Assembly (NCBI GenBank): GCA_043228905.1 | Contig: JBHGNT010000014.1 | Location: 7,068,001 to 7,132,000 of the forward strand | Length of the DNA: 64,000 nt | Source: Azolla caroliniana | Taxonomy: Eukaryota > Plantae > Polypodiophyta | Direction: 5' to 3' | Part shown: positions 1 through 11,647 of the stretch, piece by piece | Layout of the letters: each line of letters opens with the position of its first letter | Numbering within the stretch: position 1 is the stretch's first letter | Notes under the pieces: generated by a model | The model's database searches: none | What the model was told of the DNA's origin: nothing | Seen by the model: only the letters and a program-made list of their open reading frames with translations | Program-made: the position numbers and the translations under genes

Positions 1-59
1 ATCTAAAGAAGATTTTCGCCGCGAGCACCACAACCAGGAAGCTTCAGCTCCGACAGGAG

Positions 60-3000
60 TTGAGCAACCTACGACAACGCGACTTGTCGGTGGCAGACTA
101 TACCTCAAAGATCAAGGATATCTGCGACTCCCTCGCCTCCATAGAGGTGAACATCGAGGAGAGCGAGATGGTCCAGATCTGTCTCAGAGGTTTGTCGTCG
201 AAGTTTGGAGCGTTCCGAACGGCTGTGTGTCCCCGGGAGAATACGCCGTCCTTTTTCGACTTACAGTCAATGCTCCTGGTAGAGGAGAACCACGCGGGTG
301 CGTCTACAAGCACACACACCGACAGTAGAATGTTGTACATGGAGGGAGATAGGCCCCGTGGACGTGGAGGACGAGGCGAGTCGGCGCGCAATGGAGGCGG
401 CCGACGAGATCAAGGAAGAAGCCACCGAAGTGATGCTGACAGCAACTCTGGACCCTCCGGAAACAGGGGGAGTCGAAGCGATGAGAACCGGCAAGGGAAG
501 GCCATCGCGGAGTGCTGGTACTGTGCCAAGAAAGGCCACAGGGAAAGTGAGTGTTGGAAGAAGCGCGCCGATTCGGAGAGAACCGGTTCCGGAAATGGCT
601 CCGGACATACCGACAAGGGAAATCGGCAGCGATTGCACTACGCCGAAGACTCCGGGAGAGCCAGAGAAGGGTCTGCCTTCGTGACGAGACACGAAGCAAG
701 CTCAATGAAATGGAGCACCCCGAGATCCGACGAGGTGTGGTACGTAGACTCCGTCGCGTCAAACCACATGCCGAGCCATAAGGAGTGGTTCTCGTACCTT
801 GAAAAACCAATACAACATGGAGTAGTCGCAACTGGAGATGACACTCCGCATCCGATCGCGAATGTCGGAGAAGTCCCCCTTAGCCATGTCGGGCAGAAAG
901 GGAAACTCATGAATGTGTTGCACGTTCCGACAATCACAAAGAACTTGGTCTCGGTTGGATAGATCGTCGACCAAGGGATGGAGGTTCGATTTACACACCT
1001 CGGGTGCTTCATTGAGGAAGAAGGCCGTGTGATTGCGCAAGGGCGCAGAGATGGGAGGATGTTCATCCTCGATTCCACTGACGGCGGCACCGCAATGTTC
1101 GCGAAGGGACAAAAATCCGAGTCGGACATCGACTTGTGGCATAAGCGGATAGGCCACATCAACTACCAGCGGCTTCAAGATCTGCAATCGAAACAGGTAG
1201 TGTTCGGATTGCCCAAATTTAGTGGCCGAAAGGCACAAATTTGTGAAGCCTGCCAGCTCGGGAAGTAACACCGACTTCGTTTCCCAAACGAGCGAAACCG
1301 GAGCCAGAACAAGCTCAACCTTATACACTCCGATGTATGGGGGCCGACACAAAACGTTAGTCATGGCAGAAGCCGATATTTCGTCTCCTTCATCGACGAC
1401 CACACGCGGCACACGTGCATCTACCTCATTGAGAGGAAGAGCGAAGTCTTCAACTGTTTCCGGGACCTCAAAGGGCTCGTGGAAACGGAAACGGGACGAA
1501 AGATCAAGTGCCTGCGGTCGGATGGCGGGAAAGAGTACTTTTCCGGTTAATTCAACGGTTATCTACAACAAATGGGAATTCGGCGTGAATTCAGTTGTAG
1601 ATACACGCCGGAGCAGAACGGCGTGGCCGAGAGGAAGAATCGGTCAGTTGTGGAAGCGGCACGGGCAATGCTGGAGGAGAAGAGCTTGCCCAAGTTCTAC
1701 TGGGCCGAGGCGGTAAGGACCGCGGTATACATCCAGAACCAGATCGGAGACAAAGTGTCGGCGCATGAGCTATATTTCGGAACAAAACCGAACTTGCGAC
1801 ACTTGAGGGTGTTCGGTAGCATTGCGTATGTGCATGTACTGAAGGAGAAGAGGAGGGAGTTGGACGCAAAGGCCGAGAAATGCATTTTGGTCGGCTACTC
1901 GGACGAACAGAAGGGTTATAAGTGCTATAACCCTCGCACCAAACAAGCGCGTGTTAGCCGCGACGTTGTGTTTGATGAGTCCGCGTACTGGTACCAGCCC
2001 CCGACTCCGAACCCCGACTCCAATCCGAGCTCTGACGATGAGGTCAGCGAGGCCGAGATGTCTCCGGATGAGCCCGAAATCGAGACCCGCGAAGAGAGTC
2101 CGATTTCACTCCGTTTAAGTGGACCAATTGGACGACTGAGTCGGTACGACCAGTCTGATGAAGAGCCGGCGAGTAGTGGAGACTCGGCCGTGCATTCCCC
2201 GCGCAAGAAGCCGAGGAGACGGCTTACCCGCAAAGAGAAAGGGAAGAAGAAGGTGTCGGATCCCGGCACGGATAAGAACGAGTCAGACCGACGGGAGTCC
2301 GACTTCGAGGGAACCGGTGACGGGTCTTTAAAGGTGAAGTCCGCGTCGACCGAGAAGGCCTCGACATCGGCTAATGTGAGATTACGCCGATCTACCCGCC
2401 AGAAGAATCCTGTTTTACGGTTCGGATACAACGAGTACATGGCGCATCATTATGCGTACATGACCCGTGTAGCGGAAGTGCGTGAGCCGGAGAGCTACGC
2501 AGAAGCGGCTAAAGACGCGAATTGGCGTGCCGCGATGGAGGAAGAGATGCACGCATTGGCGGAGAACGAGACCTGGGACCTGGTTGACGCACCGAGAGGG
2601 GTAAAACCGATCGGGTGTAGGTGGGTGTACAAGGTCAAGTACAACACCGATGGCTCGGTCAACCGGTTCAAGGCTCGGTTAGTGGCAAAGGGCTATGCGC
2701 AGAAACACGGCATCAACTACGATGAGACGTTTGCGCCGGTCGCGAAAATGACGACCGTCCGTGTTTTGCTCGTAGTAGCTGCGATGAAGGGGTGGCACTT
2801 AGATCAGATGGATGAAAAGAATGTGTTCCTGCAAGGTGACCTTCAGGAACAGGTGTACATGGTACAACCCCCCCGATTTCCCTCTGGAACGAACTCCTCG
2901 GCAGTATGCTGACTGAAGAAGTCCCTTTACGGACTGAAGCAAGCCCCGCGTGCCTGGAACACGACGATCATGCAACAAATGCGTTGGATGGGCTTCATCA

Positions 3001-4565
3001 CGTCAAAATCGGACTCTTCCCTGTTCATCCGGAAAGGTCGACTCGAACTGGTTAGTATTTTACTATATGTTGGTGACTTGGTCATCACCGGCGCAGACCT
3101 AGGTGAAATCGACCGCGTGAACCTCCAGCTTGCGGCATCGTTCGACATGAAGGATCTGGGGGACCTTCATTACTTCCTCGGGATCGAAGTGATCCGTACC
3201 CCCGAAGGCATATTAATCAGCCAACGTCATTACGTGCTGAGTATGCTCTTCAAATTCGGGATGGCCGACTGTAAGTCCGTCTCGACTCCTCTGGACAGAA
3301 CCGTCAAGCTTCGTCCCGATACGAGAAAGGTATGCGACCCGACGAGGTTCCGAAAAATTGTCGGAAACCTCATATACTTAACCATCACCTGACCCGACCT
3401 CAGTTATCCGGTCGGAGTGATCAGTCAGTTCATGGCGCGACCTACCGAGGAGCATCTCCAGTGTGCGCAACGCATACTTCGATATGTCAACGGCACTAAG
3501 GACCGGGGACTACTATATCGGACCGGTGCAGCCGCGCAGTTAGTCGGCTACACCGATGTTGATTGGGCTGGCAACGCCGCCGATCGCCGATCCACGTCCG
3601 GATACGCGTTCTCCCTCAGGAGTGCCGCGATCGCGTGGAGCAGTAAGAAGTAGCCGACAGTTGCACTATCGAGCACCGAAGCTGAGTACGGAGGAGCGGC
3701 TGTCACGACATGCGAAGCCATATAGTTGAAGCGGCTAATTAAGGACCTGCAAGAGGAGGTGTCAGATCTGACGACGATCTACTGCGACAACCTCAACAGC
3801 ATCCAGCTCGCGAAAAACCCCGTTTTTCACGCACGGACCAAGCACATTGAGGTGCACTACCATTTCGTCCGTGAGCGTGTCCTTTCCGGGGAAGTCGAAC
3901 TTCAGTACGTTCCGACGGATCGGCAGACTGCTAACATCTTCACCAAGCCTCTTGGTCTAGACAATTTGCGGCAATTCTCAGGTGCGCTTGTATTAAGTCA
4001 CCTCGACGTGCCAAACTTGAGGGGGAGAACAGTCCCGAACGACCAAGCAAGGCAGCAGGAAAGGAGCGTAGACTGCGACACCACCGAGTCGGTTGACTTG
4101 GTTGTCGAGTTCGACTTCGGATCGACTGAAGAAGCCGAGGGCGGACCCGCAGAAAAGTTCGGAAGCGGACAGAAGGGGAGCAGCCGAAGGAGAGAGCCAA
4201 AGCCAACCACGCATGGGGAAGATGACACCATCGAGGGCGAGGAGACCGAAGACAAGTTGGAGACAGCCAACTCGGACGAGAGGGAAAACCGATCGGAGGT
4301 AGCCGAGTCGGTTCGGATGTTTGATTCAGATACGCTGAATCAACCAAGGCCCAAGCGGAAGAAAAGACAACAGGAGAAGCGTCAACACCACAATAGCAGA
4401 AGAGCTGAGAAGGGCCACATGAGCAGACAAGCCGACCGAAAGGGTCGAAGCGCGCAGAGTCGAACAGGTCGAGGAGTGCGAGCGAGGCGTGAAGCCAGAA
4501 GGAACCGGAGCTGTGAGCCCGAAGATCCCGAAGAGCCTCAAGTTGAGCTTGAGGGGGAGTGTTGA
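60..4565 (+). pseudogene. Copia gag-pol polyprotein, broken by several stops, with a long charged extension after RNase H
   Basis: Same-frame ORF pieces 60-962, 978-1268, 1572-2912, 2970-3392, 3417-3653 and 3726-4565 separated by premature stops. Confidence 0.9.
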
Positions 4566-5061
4566 GAGACAAGCTCAACATCGGCCGGATCGGCTGAAGA
4601 AGCCGAGGACTGGATCGGTTGGGCTCGATCGGTTAGGCCGAATGCGTAAACCGGTACGCAGACTGGTGCGTAGGTTAGGCCGAATGCGTAAACCTGTACG
4701 CAGACCAGTGCGTAGGTAGGGCCGGATCAGTGTGTAAACCGGGAGGCCGTTAGGAAAGATATTCCGTGAGGAATATATTTGGGAGTTACTGTAGGAGCTC
4801 TTAATGAGCATTGAAGTACTGTCAGTACTTCGGTCAGTCCTTCTAGGACTTGTATAAAAGTGTTCATTGAACACACATATGTATAGAGTGTGGTGAATAG
4901 AGATTGAGGACCTTTTTGAATATAGTTCTTGTTTTTTCTCTCTCTCTCACTCTCTCTCTGTCTCTCCCGCGTATATTGCGTAAGCTCAAGCTCTCCATTA
5001 AACCTGAGTTTTCTTCCTTCTGTTCGGTCTTCATACTTGTTTCCGCACGCTACTTTTTACA
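4560..5061 (+). repeat. 3' LTR of family A, with an internal 42-bp tandem repeat at about 4631-4740
   Basis: TGTTGAG...TTTTACA directly after the PPT; homologous to the reverse-strand LTR at 14997-15382. Confidence 0.92.
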
Positions 5062-6749
5062 ATTCCCCATCCAGACACAACCGTGATCACTGGTTGTGTA
5101 GGATGAGAAGTATTTACGGTCCGGGGTAAGGTGGAATGACGCTCCGGAATCAACAACCCACATTGTCTCGTCGCCGGCAAGGTTCAACTCACTCTCCTCG
5201 GTGATGAGCATCAACTCTTCTTCACTTGCCGCGATTGACGTTGTTCCCTTCCGGTCCGTTCCCCTCCGGTCTTTACCGTTCCGATCCGGTGTCCGCTTCG
5301 AATCGGTACCATCGGTTTCCTTGTCTTTCCGGAAGTGCCGACAGTTCTTCTTGAAGTGTCCCGGCTTGTCGCAGTAGAAGCAGGTAGGCCTCCCGCTTCA
5401 CTTTGACCGTGTCCTCGACTTCTTCTAGTTCTAGGGACTACGGTTCCTTTGTCTTCCGCGTTCTGATTCGGTAATGAGCGCTTTAGAGTTGGAGTTCGTA
5501 TCCTTGTCTTTCTGACACGCCTCCTCATGTAGCAAGCTCGACTTCACTCTTGTTAGGGATAACTGTTTCCCTTCCGACCCGACGTTGCCCAAAGTGACAA
5601 CCAACGTCTCCCAGCTATCTGGGAGGGAACCGAGCAGGAGTAGTGCGAGTACCTCATCGGCGAGAGGTACGTCTAATGATGTTGCTTGGTGGATGAGCCC
5701 CTAGAAGGCATTCATGTGCTCCGCCATGCTGGAGCCATCTTGGTACCGGAGTCTTACTAGCTTTCGAAATACCGAAACCTGATTAACAACATTTTTGTTT
5801 TGAAACATAATGCCGATCTTCTTCCAGAGCTCATGAGCCTTGCTCTCTTCATTGAAGTTGTTGTATAGACTCATGTCGATGAAGCACCGTATGTACGCCA
5901 TTGTCTTCATGTGCATCACCTCCCATATCGTGGCATTGATTTTGTCTAGTCTCTTGTCCCTGAACTGAACCGGCAACCAAAGGTCTTTAACCACAACCAT
6001 GTCCCTCATTTTTTACTTCCACACTGAGTAATTGGAGCCGGTGAGCTTGAACATGCCTCCCAACGAGTCGTCCATTTTTCTGTGTCGTTTCGCTCTGATA
6101 CCAGTTTGACATGAAATACGTGGATTAATCTTCGGTCACAACCGAAGCGTAGATCACTTGATGACAATCAAAACAAAAACGAAATGGGAATGGAGGTAAG
6201 TACACCGAAACAAAAAGAGATTACACAGGATATTAACGTGGAAAACCTTGAGAGGGAAAAACCACGGGAGTCCACAGACTCCAAACTATCACTTTATAAA
6301 GTAATACAACAGGGAGAACAAAGGCAACGACCTCTTGCTCAGAATCTTCGCCTAGCGGCGGTTACAACAGGGACATGCTCTATATCGCTCTCTTTGTCTC
6401 TCTCTTTGTATAGTCGTTACACCAAAAAAAAAGAGTGTTACACAAAGTTTGCCCTAGGTCATATTTATACTAATATGACTTTCGGCTATTTACAAAATAT
6501 AGCCCAGTGGGCTCTCTTGAACATATTTACATATATGTCCCTTCATCCGGTGAGAGGTTCTCACCGGACCTGCAACATCCAGTTCTCACTGGGTCTTCTG
6601 TTGCCGGGTTCTCGTCATCCAGTTCTCAGTAGGTCTTCTGTTGCCGGGTACTCCACATCCGGTTTCGACCGAGGCCGATCGGGCTCGGCGGAATTGCTCA
6701 TCAACACTGTTCTTCTCACTTCCCATCCGGAGGGACCTATTTCCTAACA
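5062..6749 (-). mobile_element. Copia family B (Tnt1/Tork-like) 5' fragment: LTR 6107-6749, tRNA-iMet PBS 6092-6103, decayed gag-PR
   Basis: Minus-strand TGGTATCAGAGC; gag MRDMVVVKDL.. matches the copy at ~54530; LTR start TGTTAGGAAATAGGTCCCTCCGGATGGGA matches other B LTRs; cut in the protease region by the family A element. Confidence 0.88.
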
Positions 6750-9700
6750 GTACACCCATTTGCAATTGATCGGTTTACAGTGTCGGGAAGGGTCAACGAG
6801 GTCCCATGTGTCGTTGCCATCTAGTGCCCGCATTTCTTCCTCCATAGCGGCATGCCAATTTGCGTCCTTTGCCGCTTCTGCATAGCTCACCGGCTCACGC
6901 ACTTCCGCCACCTTAGTCATGAATGCATAATGATATGCCATGTACTCATTGTACCTGTACCGGGTAACAGGGTTCTTCAGGCGGGAAGACTGGCGTAACT
7001 TGGTATTACCAGGTTTCGGGCCCTTGTTGGCCAGGTCAAACTTTGTTCCCGAAGATCCGCCTTCATCCTTTTCGGAGTCGGATTCGCTCCGATCCGAATC
7101 AACCTTGCCAGTTTCGTATTCCGACATCTTCTTCTTCCCCTTCTCTTTGCGCGTGAACCGTCTCCTCGGTTCCTTGCGCAGGGAGAGCACGCCAAAGTCT
7201 CCACTACTCGCCGGTTCTTCATCCGATTGGTCAGTTTGACGCAGTTGCTCGTTCAATCCGCTCAACCGAAATGATTCCGGACTCTCTTCTAGAGTCTCCA
7301 GCTCGTCATCTTTTATCTAGACCTCCTCGGGCTCACTAGCCTCATCTTCCGGAATCGGGTCTTCGTCGGGAGTTGGAGTCGGTAAGGAGTACCATGATGC
7401 CGTCTAAGCAAAATTAACATCTCGGCTTACTCGGACCTGCTTAGTCCAGGGGTTATAACACTTATACCCTTTTTGCTCATTTGAGTAACCGACGAGAATG
7501 CACTTCTCTGACTTCGGATACAGCTTCCTCCACTTCTCATCTGATACATGCACATGTGCTATGCTACCGAATATCCAAAGGTGTCTCAAATTCGGCTTTC
7601 GCCTGAAATACAACTCATGTGCTGACACCTTGTCACCGATCCTGTTTTGGATGTGGACGGTCGTCCGAACCACCTCGACCCAGTAAAAATGGAGCATGCT
7701 CTTCTCCTCTAGCTTTGCCCTTGTCGTGTCGACAATCGACCGGTTCTTCCTTTTGGCAACACCGTTTTGCTCCAGTGTGTACCTGCAACTGAATTCTCTC
7801 TAAATTCCGTTGTCCTGCAGATAACTATGGAATTGGCCAGAAAAATATTCTTCCCCGCCATCCGACCGCAGGCACTTGATCTTCCTCTCCATTTCCCGTT
7901 GAACCAAGCTTTGAAGGTTTTGGAAACACTCGAAGACTTCGCTCTTCGTCTCGATGAGGTAGATCCACATGTGCCGGCTGTAGTTGTCGATGAAGGAGAC
8001 GAAATACCGACTCCCGCCAAGACTAACGTTTTGTGGTGGTCCCCATACATCCGAATGGATTAAATCGAGCTTGTTATGGCTCCGGTTTCGATCGGTGGGG
8101 AATGGAAGCCGGTGTTGCTTCCCGAGTTGGCAGACTTGACAAATTTCGGCCCTCCAGCCGCTAAATTTCGGCAAACCGAAAACGACTTGTTTCGATTGCA
8201 GGTCTTGAAGCCTCTGATAATTGACATGGTCGATCCGCTTGTGCCACAGGTTGATGTCCGATTCGACCTTCTGCCTTTTCGCAAAACATAGCGGTGCCGA
8301 CATAATTAGTGTTGAGGATGAACATCCTCCCGTCTCTGCGCCCTTGCGCAATTATCTGACCCTCTTCCTTGATGAAAAACCCTAGGTGCATAAACCGCAC
8401 CTGGATCCCCTGGTCAACGATTTGCCCAACTGACACTAGGTTCTCTGTGATAGTCGGAACGTGTAGTACGTTCATCAGGTTCCCCTTTTGTCCGACATGG
8501 CTTAAAGGGACTTCTCCGACATGCACAATCGGATGAGGGGTGTCATCTCCGGTTTCGACAATCCCTGGTTGTTCTAGTTTCTCCAAAAAAGAGAACCACT
8601 CTTCATGGCTCGTCATATGGTTGGAGGCTCCGGAATCAGTGTACCAGACTTCCTCCGATCTAGAAATAGTCTTCTTCATCGAGTTAGGCTTGTCATCACG
8701 AAGGCTGGCCCTTTACCGGTTTTCCCAGTTCTGGATCCTTCCACGTAGTGCGAGCTTTGCCGGTTCTCCCGACCGGTTTTGCCGGATCCGGATTTTTCCG
8801 AATCAGGGTGCTTCTTCCAGCACTCGCTTTCCCTATGCCGCTTTTTTCCACAGTACTAGCATTCCATGTCGGCCTTTCCTTGCCGGTTCCCGGCATCGCT
8901 TTCACTCCCCCTACTTGTGGAGGGTGTGGAACTGCTGTCGCCACTACCTCTACGCCTCCGATCCTACTCTTGTCGGCCACCTCCATTGCATGCCAACCCA
9001 CCTCGTCCACCATGTCCATGGGGCCGATCTATCTCCATGTATAGCATCCGACCTTCCGATTGAGTGGTCCTTGACCCACTCGCGTGGTTTTCTTCGACCA
9101 TCAGCATCAATTGTAAGTCGAAGAAGGACGGTGGTTTCTCCCGGGAGTAGATCGTTGTCCGGATTGGCCCGTACCTTGTGAGCTAGACCACCGAGGCAAA
9201 TTTGTACCATCTCGTCTTCGTCCACCGTGACGTTGATGGACCCGAGTGCATCGCAAATCTCCTTTATCTTGGTGGTGTAGTCCATAACCGACATGTCTCT
9301 TTGCCGGATGTTGTTCAGCTCTTGCTGGAGTTGCAACTTACGAGTTGTTGTACTTGCGGCGAAAATTTTCCGTAGATTTTCCTAGGCCTCCTTCGGCGTC
9401 TTTGCATCCTTGATGTAGCTAAGCATTTCATCATGCACACCGGACGCGAGACAGTACAGTACCCGACTCGCACCTTGCTCCCATACCGGAAAGTCTTTGT
9501 GTGACGGCTCGGTGCTACTTCATTTGTTCCTTCCACGAAGCTCCAATATCCAGGCCCCAACAACTACTGGTGCATTTTATATGACAAGGACGCGTAATTG
9601 CTCCGGTTGAGCTTCTCTGTTGGAAGTGAATTCACCATTCCTCTGTCCATATCTTCTCTCTGTTTATTGTTGCCGGGTTCTAGGGTTCTTCTACGAAAGC

Positions 9701-10201
9701 AAGCGTTGGGTGCAGAGGTCCTCAACCCTCGCGCTCTGATACCATGTGAATGTTAATGTGCGGAAGCGTCAGACAGGACTGGCTCAGCTAGATAGCAACA
9801 GAAAATGAGATGAAGGTTTAATGGAATAGCTTAAAACACAGAGTATATACAGGGGAGACAGAGAGAGCAGAACATAGAACTATATTTAAAAATTAACTTT
9901 AAAACTTTGTGCATACAACGTGCTAAACAACACTATTTATACAAGTCCATAAAGGACTAACAAGTACTTCAATGCTCACACGTGCGACTGACACTAACTA
10001 GGAGACAATGATTACCTAGTAGTCTAGGCTACTACTAGGCTTACGGTTCCCGCTCGAATCCGGCTCTCCGATCCGGCTCCCCGAACCGGCCGGTTGTTTC
10101 CGGATACTATCCGGATACCGATCCGGCTCATCCTTCCGGATGCCGATACGTCTCAGGCTTATTCAGCCGATCCGGATCCGGTTGAGCTTGCTCGCTCAAC
10201 A
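6750..10201 (-). mobile_element. Copia family A copy: 5' LTR 9745-10201, PBS 9733-9744, decayed gag-PR-IN to the start of RT
   Basis: PBS TGGTATCAGAGC on minus; ORFs 8950-9336, 8161-8679 (WYTDSGASNHMT), 7800-8351, 7404-7697, 6744-7265 parallel the 1-5061 copy; ends at WVY where the B LTR begins. Confidence 0.9.
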
Positions 10202-11647
10202 GGTTGTAGAACTTGTATGCCTTCTTCTCGGACGAGTATCCTATGAGGATACATTCCTCCGACTTCGTGTCGAGCTTTTGTCATTGTTCGTTCGGGATGC
10301 ATACATTTGGAATGCTTCCGAACACCTTGAGGTGTGATAGGATCGGCTTCCTTTCGACGAGGAGCTCGTATGGAGTTAGCTCATGCACTCCATTAGTGGT
10401 GCACCAGTTCATGAGATAGACGACCGTGGATGCCGCTTCGGCCCAATAGAAGTTCGGCATGTGCTTCTCATGCATCATGGCATGTGCTACCTTGAGTATT
10501 TGCCGATTCTTCCTTTCGGCTACTACATTTTGTTGGAGTGTGTGTCGGCATGAGAATTCTCTCCAAATGCCTTCACTTTGGAGGTAGGAGGTGAATTCAT
10601 CGGAGAAGTACTCATTTCCTCCGTCCGGTCGTAGGCATTGAATGTGCCGACCGGTTTCTTTTTCGACTTGGCCCTTGAGGTTTTGGAAGTGGGAGAACTC
10701 TTTGTTGTTCTTCTTCATCAGGAAGATCCACGCGTAGTGTGAGTAGTCGTCAATGAAGGTAACGTAGAATTGGCATCCGCCGATCGTCGACGTTTGAGCC
10801 GGTCCCCATACATCCAAGTGTATGATGTCAAGGAGTCCTTTGCTTGTGGAACTCTCCTTCGGAAATGGGAGTCGATGTTGTTTGCCGAGGTGACACGCTT
10901 CGCATACTCGGTCGACTCATTTTGACTCGAATGTCGGAAGTGTGATGACGACTCCCTTTGATTGCATAGCTCGGAGCCATTGGAGGTTTATGTGGCGGAT
11001 TCTCTCGTGCCACAACTCGATGCATGTCTCAGTTTTGAGACTTTTAGCGTACATTGCCGATTTCACCTCGTTTGAATCGAGGATGAACATTCGACCATCT
11101 CTCCGCCCCTTAGCTATGAGTTGGCCATCTTTCTCGATGAAGAGTTCATCGTTGTTGAAGTGGACTTGCATGCCTTGCTCTACGATTTGGCCAACGGAGA
11201 CCAAATTCTTCGTTATTGTGGGCACATGCAAGACATTCTTGATGCAAGTTTGCTCGGCTTCTTTCCCGAATGGGACATTGCTGATGTGCCGAATGGGATG
11301 TGTGGTGTCGTCTCCCGCTCTATGAAGTTGGGTCGTTCCAGCATTCGTAAGTCATGAAACCACTCTTGGTGTGACGTCATATGATGTGAGGCGCCGGAAT
11401 CAACGAACCACACTTCTTCTGAGTTGGAGGTGCTTGTGGAGTTAGAAGCCGTCATAGAGTTCGCTCTATGTCTCATTACGAATAGACCACCGTAGTCGTC
11501 GTATTCGGAGTTGTTGGCGTAGTTTGTGTGTTGTTGGCTTGTCAAAGCTGACTCACTTCTCTTTTTCTGACACTCCTCTTCGCGATGGCCGATTTTGCCG
11601 CAATAGTTGCAAGCAATAGATCACGTTTGTTGACTTTGTTCGGCATG
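10202..11647 (-). mobile_element. Divergent family A-related Copia fragment (zinc knuckle-PR-IN)
   Basis: WFVDSGASHHMT (11213-11545), LWHERIRH (10917-11231), DVWGP..VAERKNR (10281-10817). Confidence 0.85.

Larger units (their letters stand above)
1..5061 (+). mobile_element. Copia LTR retrotransposon, family A (5' end outside window), decayed gag-PR-IN-RT-RH plus 3' LTR
   Basis: ORF fragments in Copia order: zinc knuckle CWYCAKKGHRESEC, protease WYVDS(V)ASNHM, LWHKRIGH, integrase TPEQNGVAERKNR, RT WVYKVK..KARLVAKG, RNase H ARTKHIEVHYHFVRE; PPT at 4548-4559, then LTR. Confidence 0.95.

Noticed and set aside
98-1412. Many overlapping alternative-frame ORFs over gag-pol regions
   Set aside because: Shadow ORFs expected in GC-rich coding DNA; no independent motifs.
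6184-6747. 187-aa ORF as a gene (likewise 32195-32725)
   Set aside because: Antisense reading of a B LTR, including microsatellite-derived SLSLSL.
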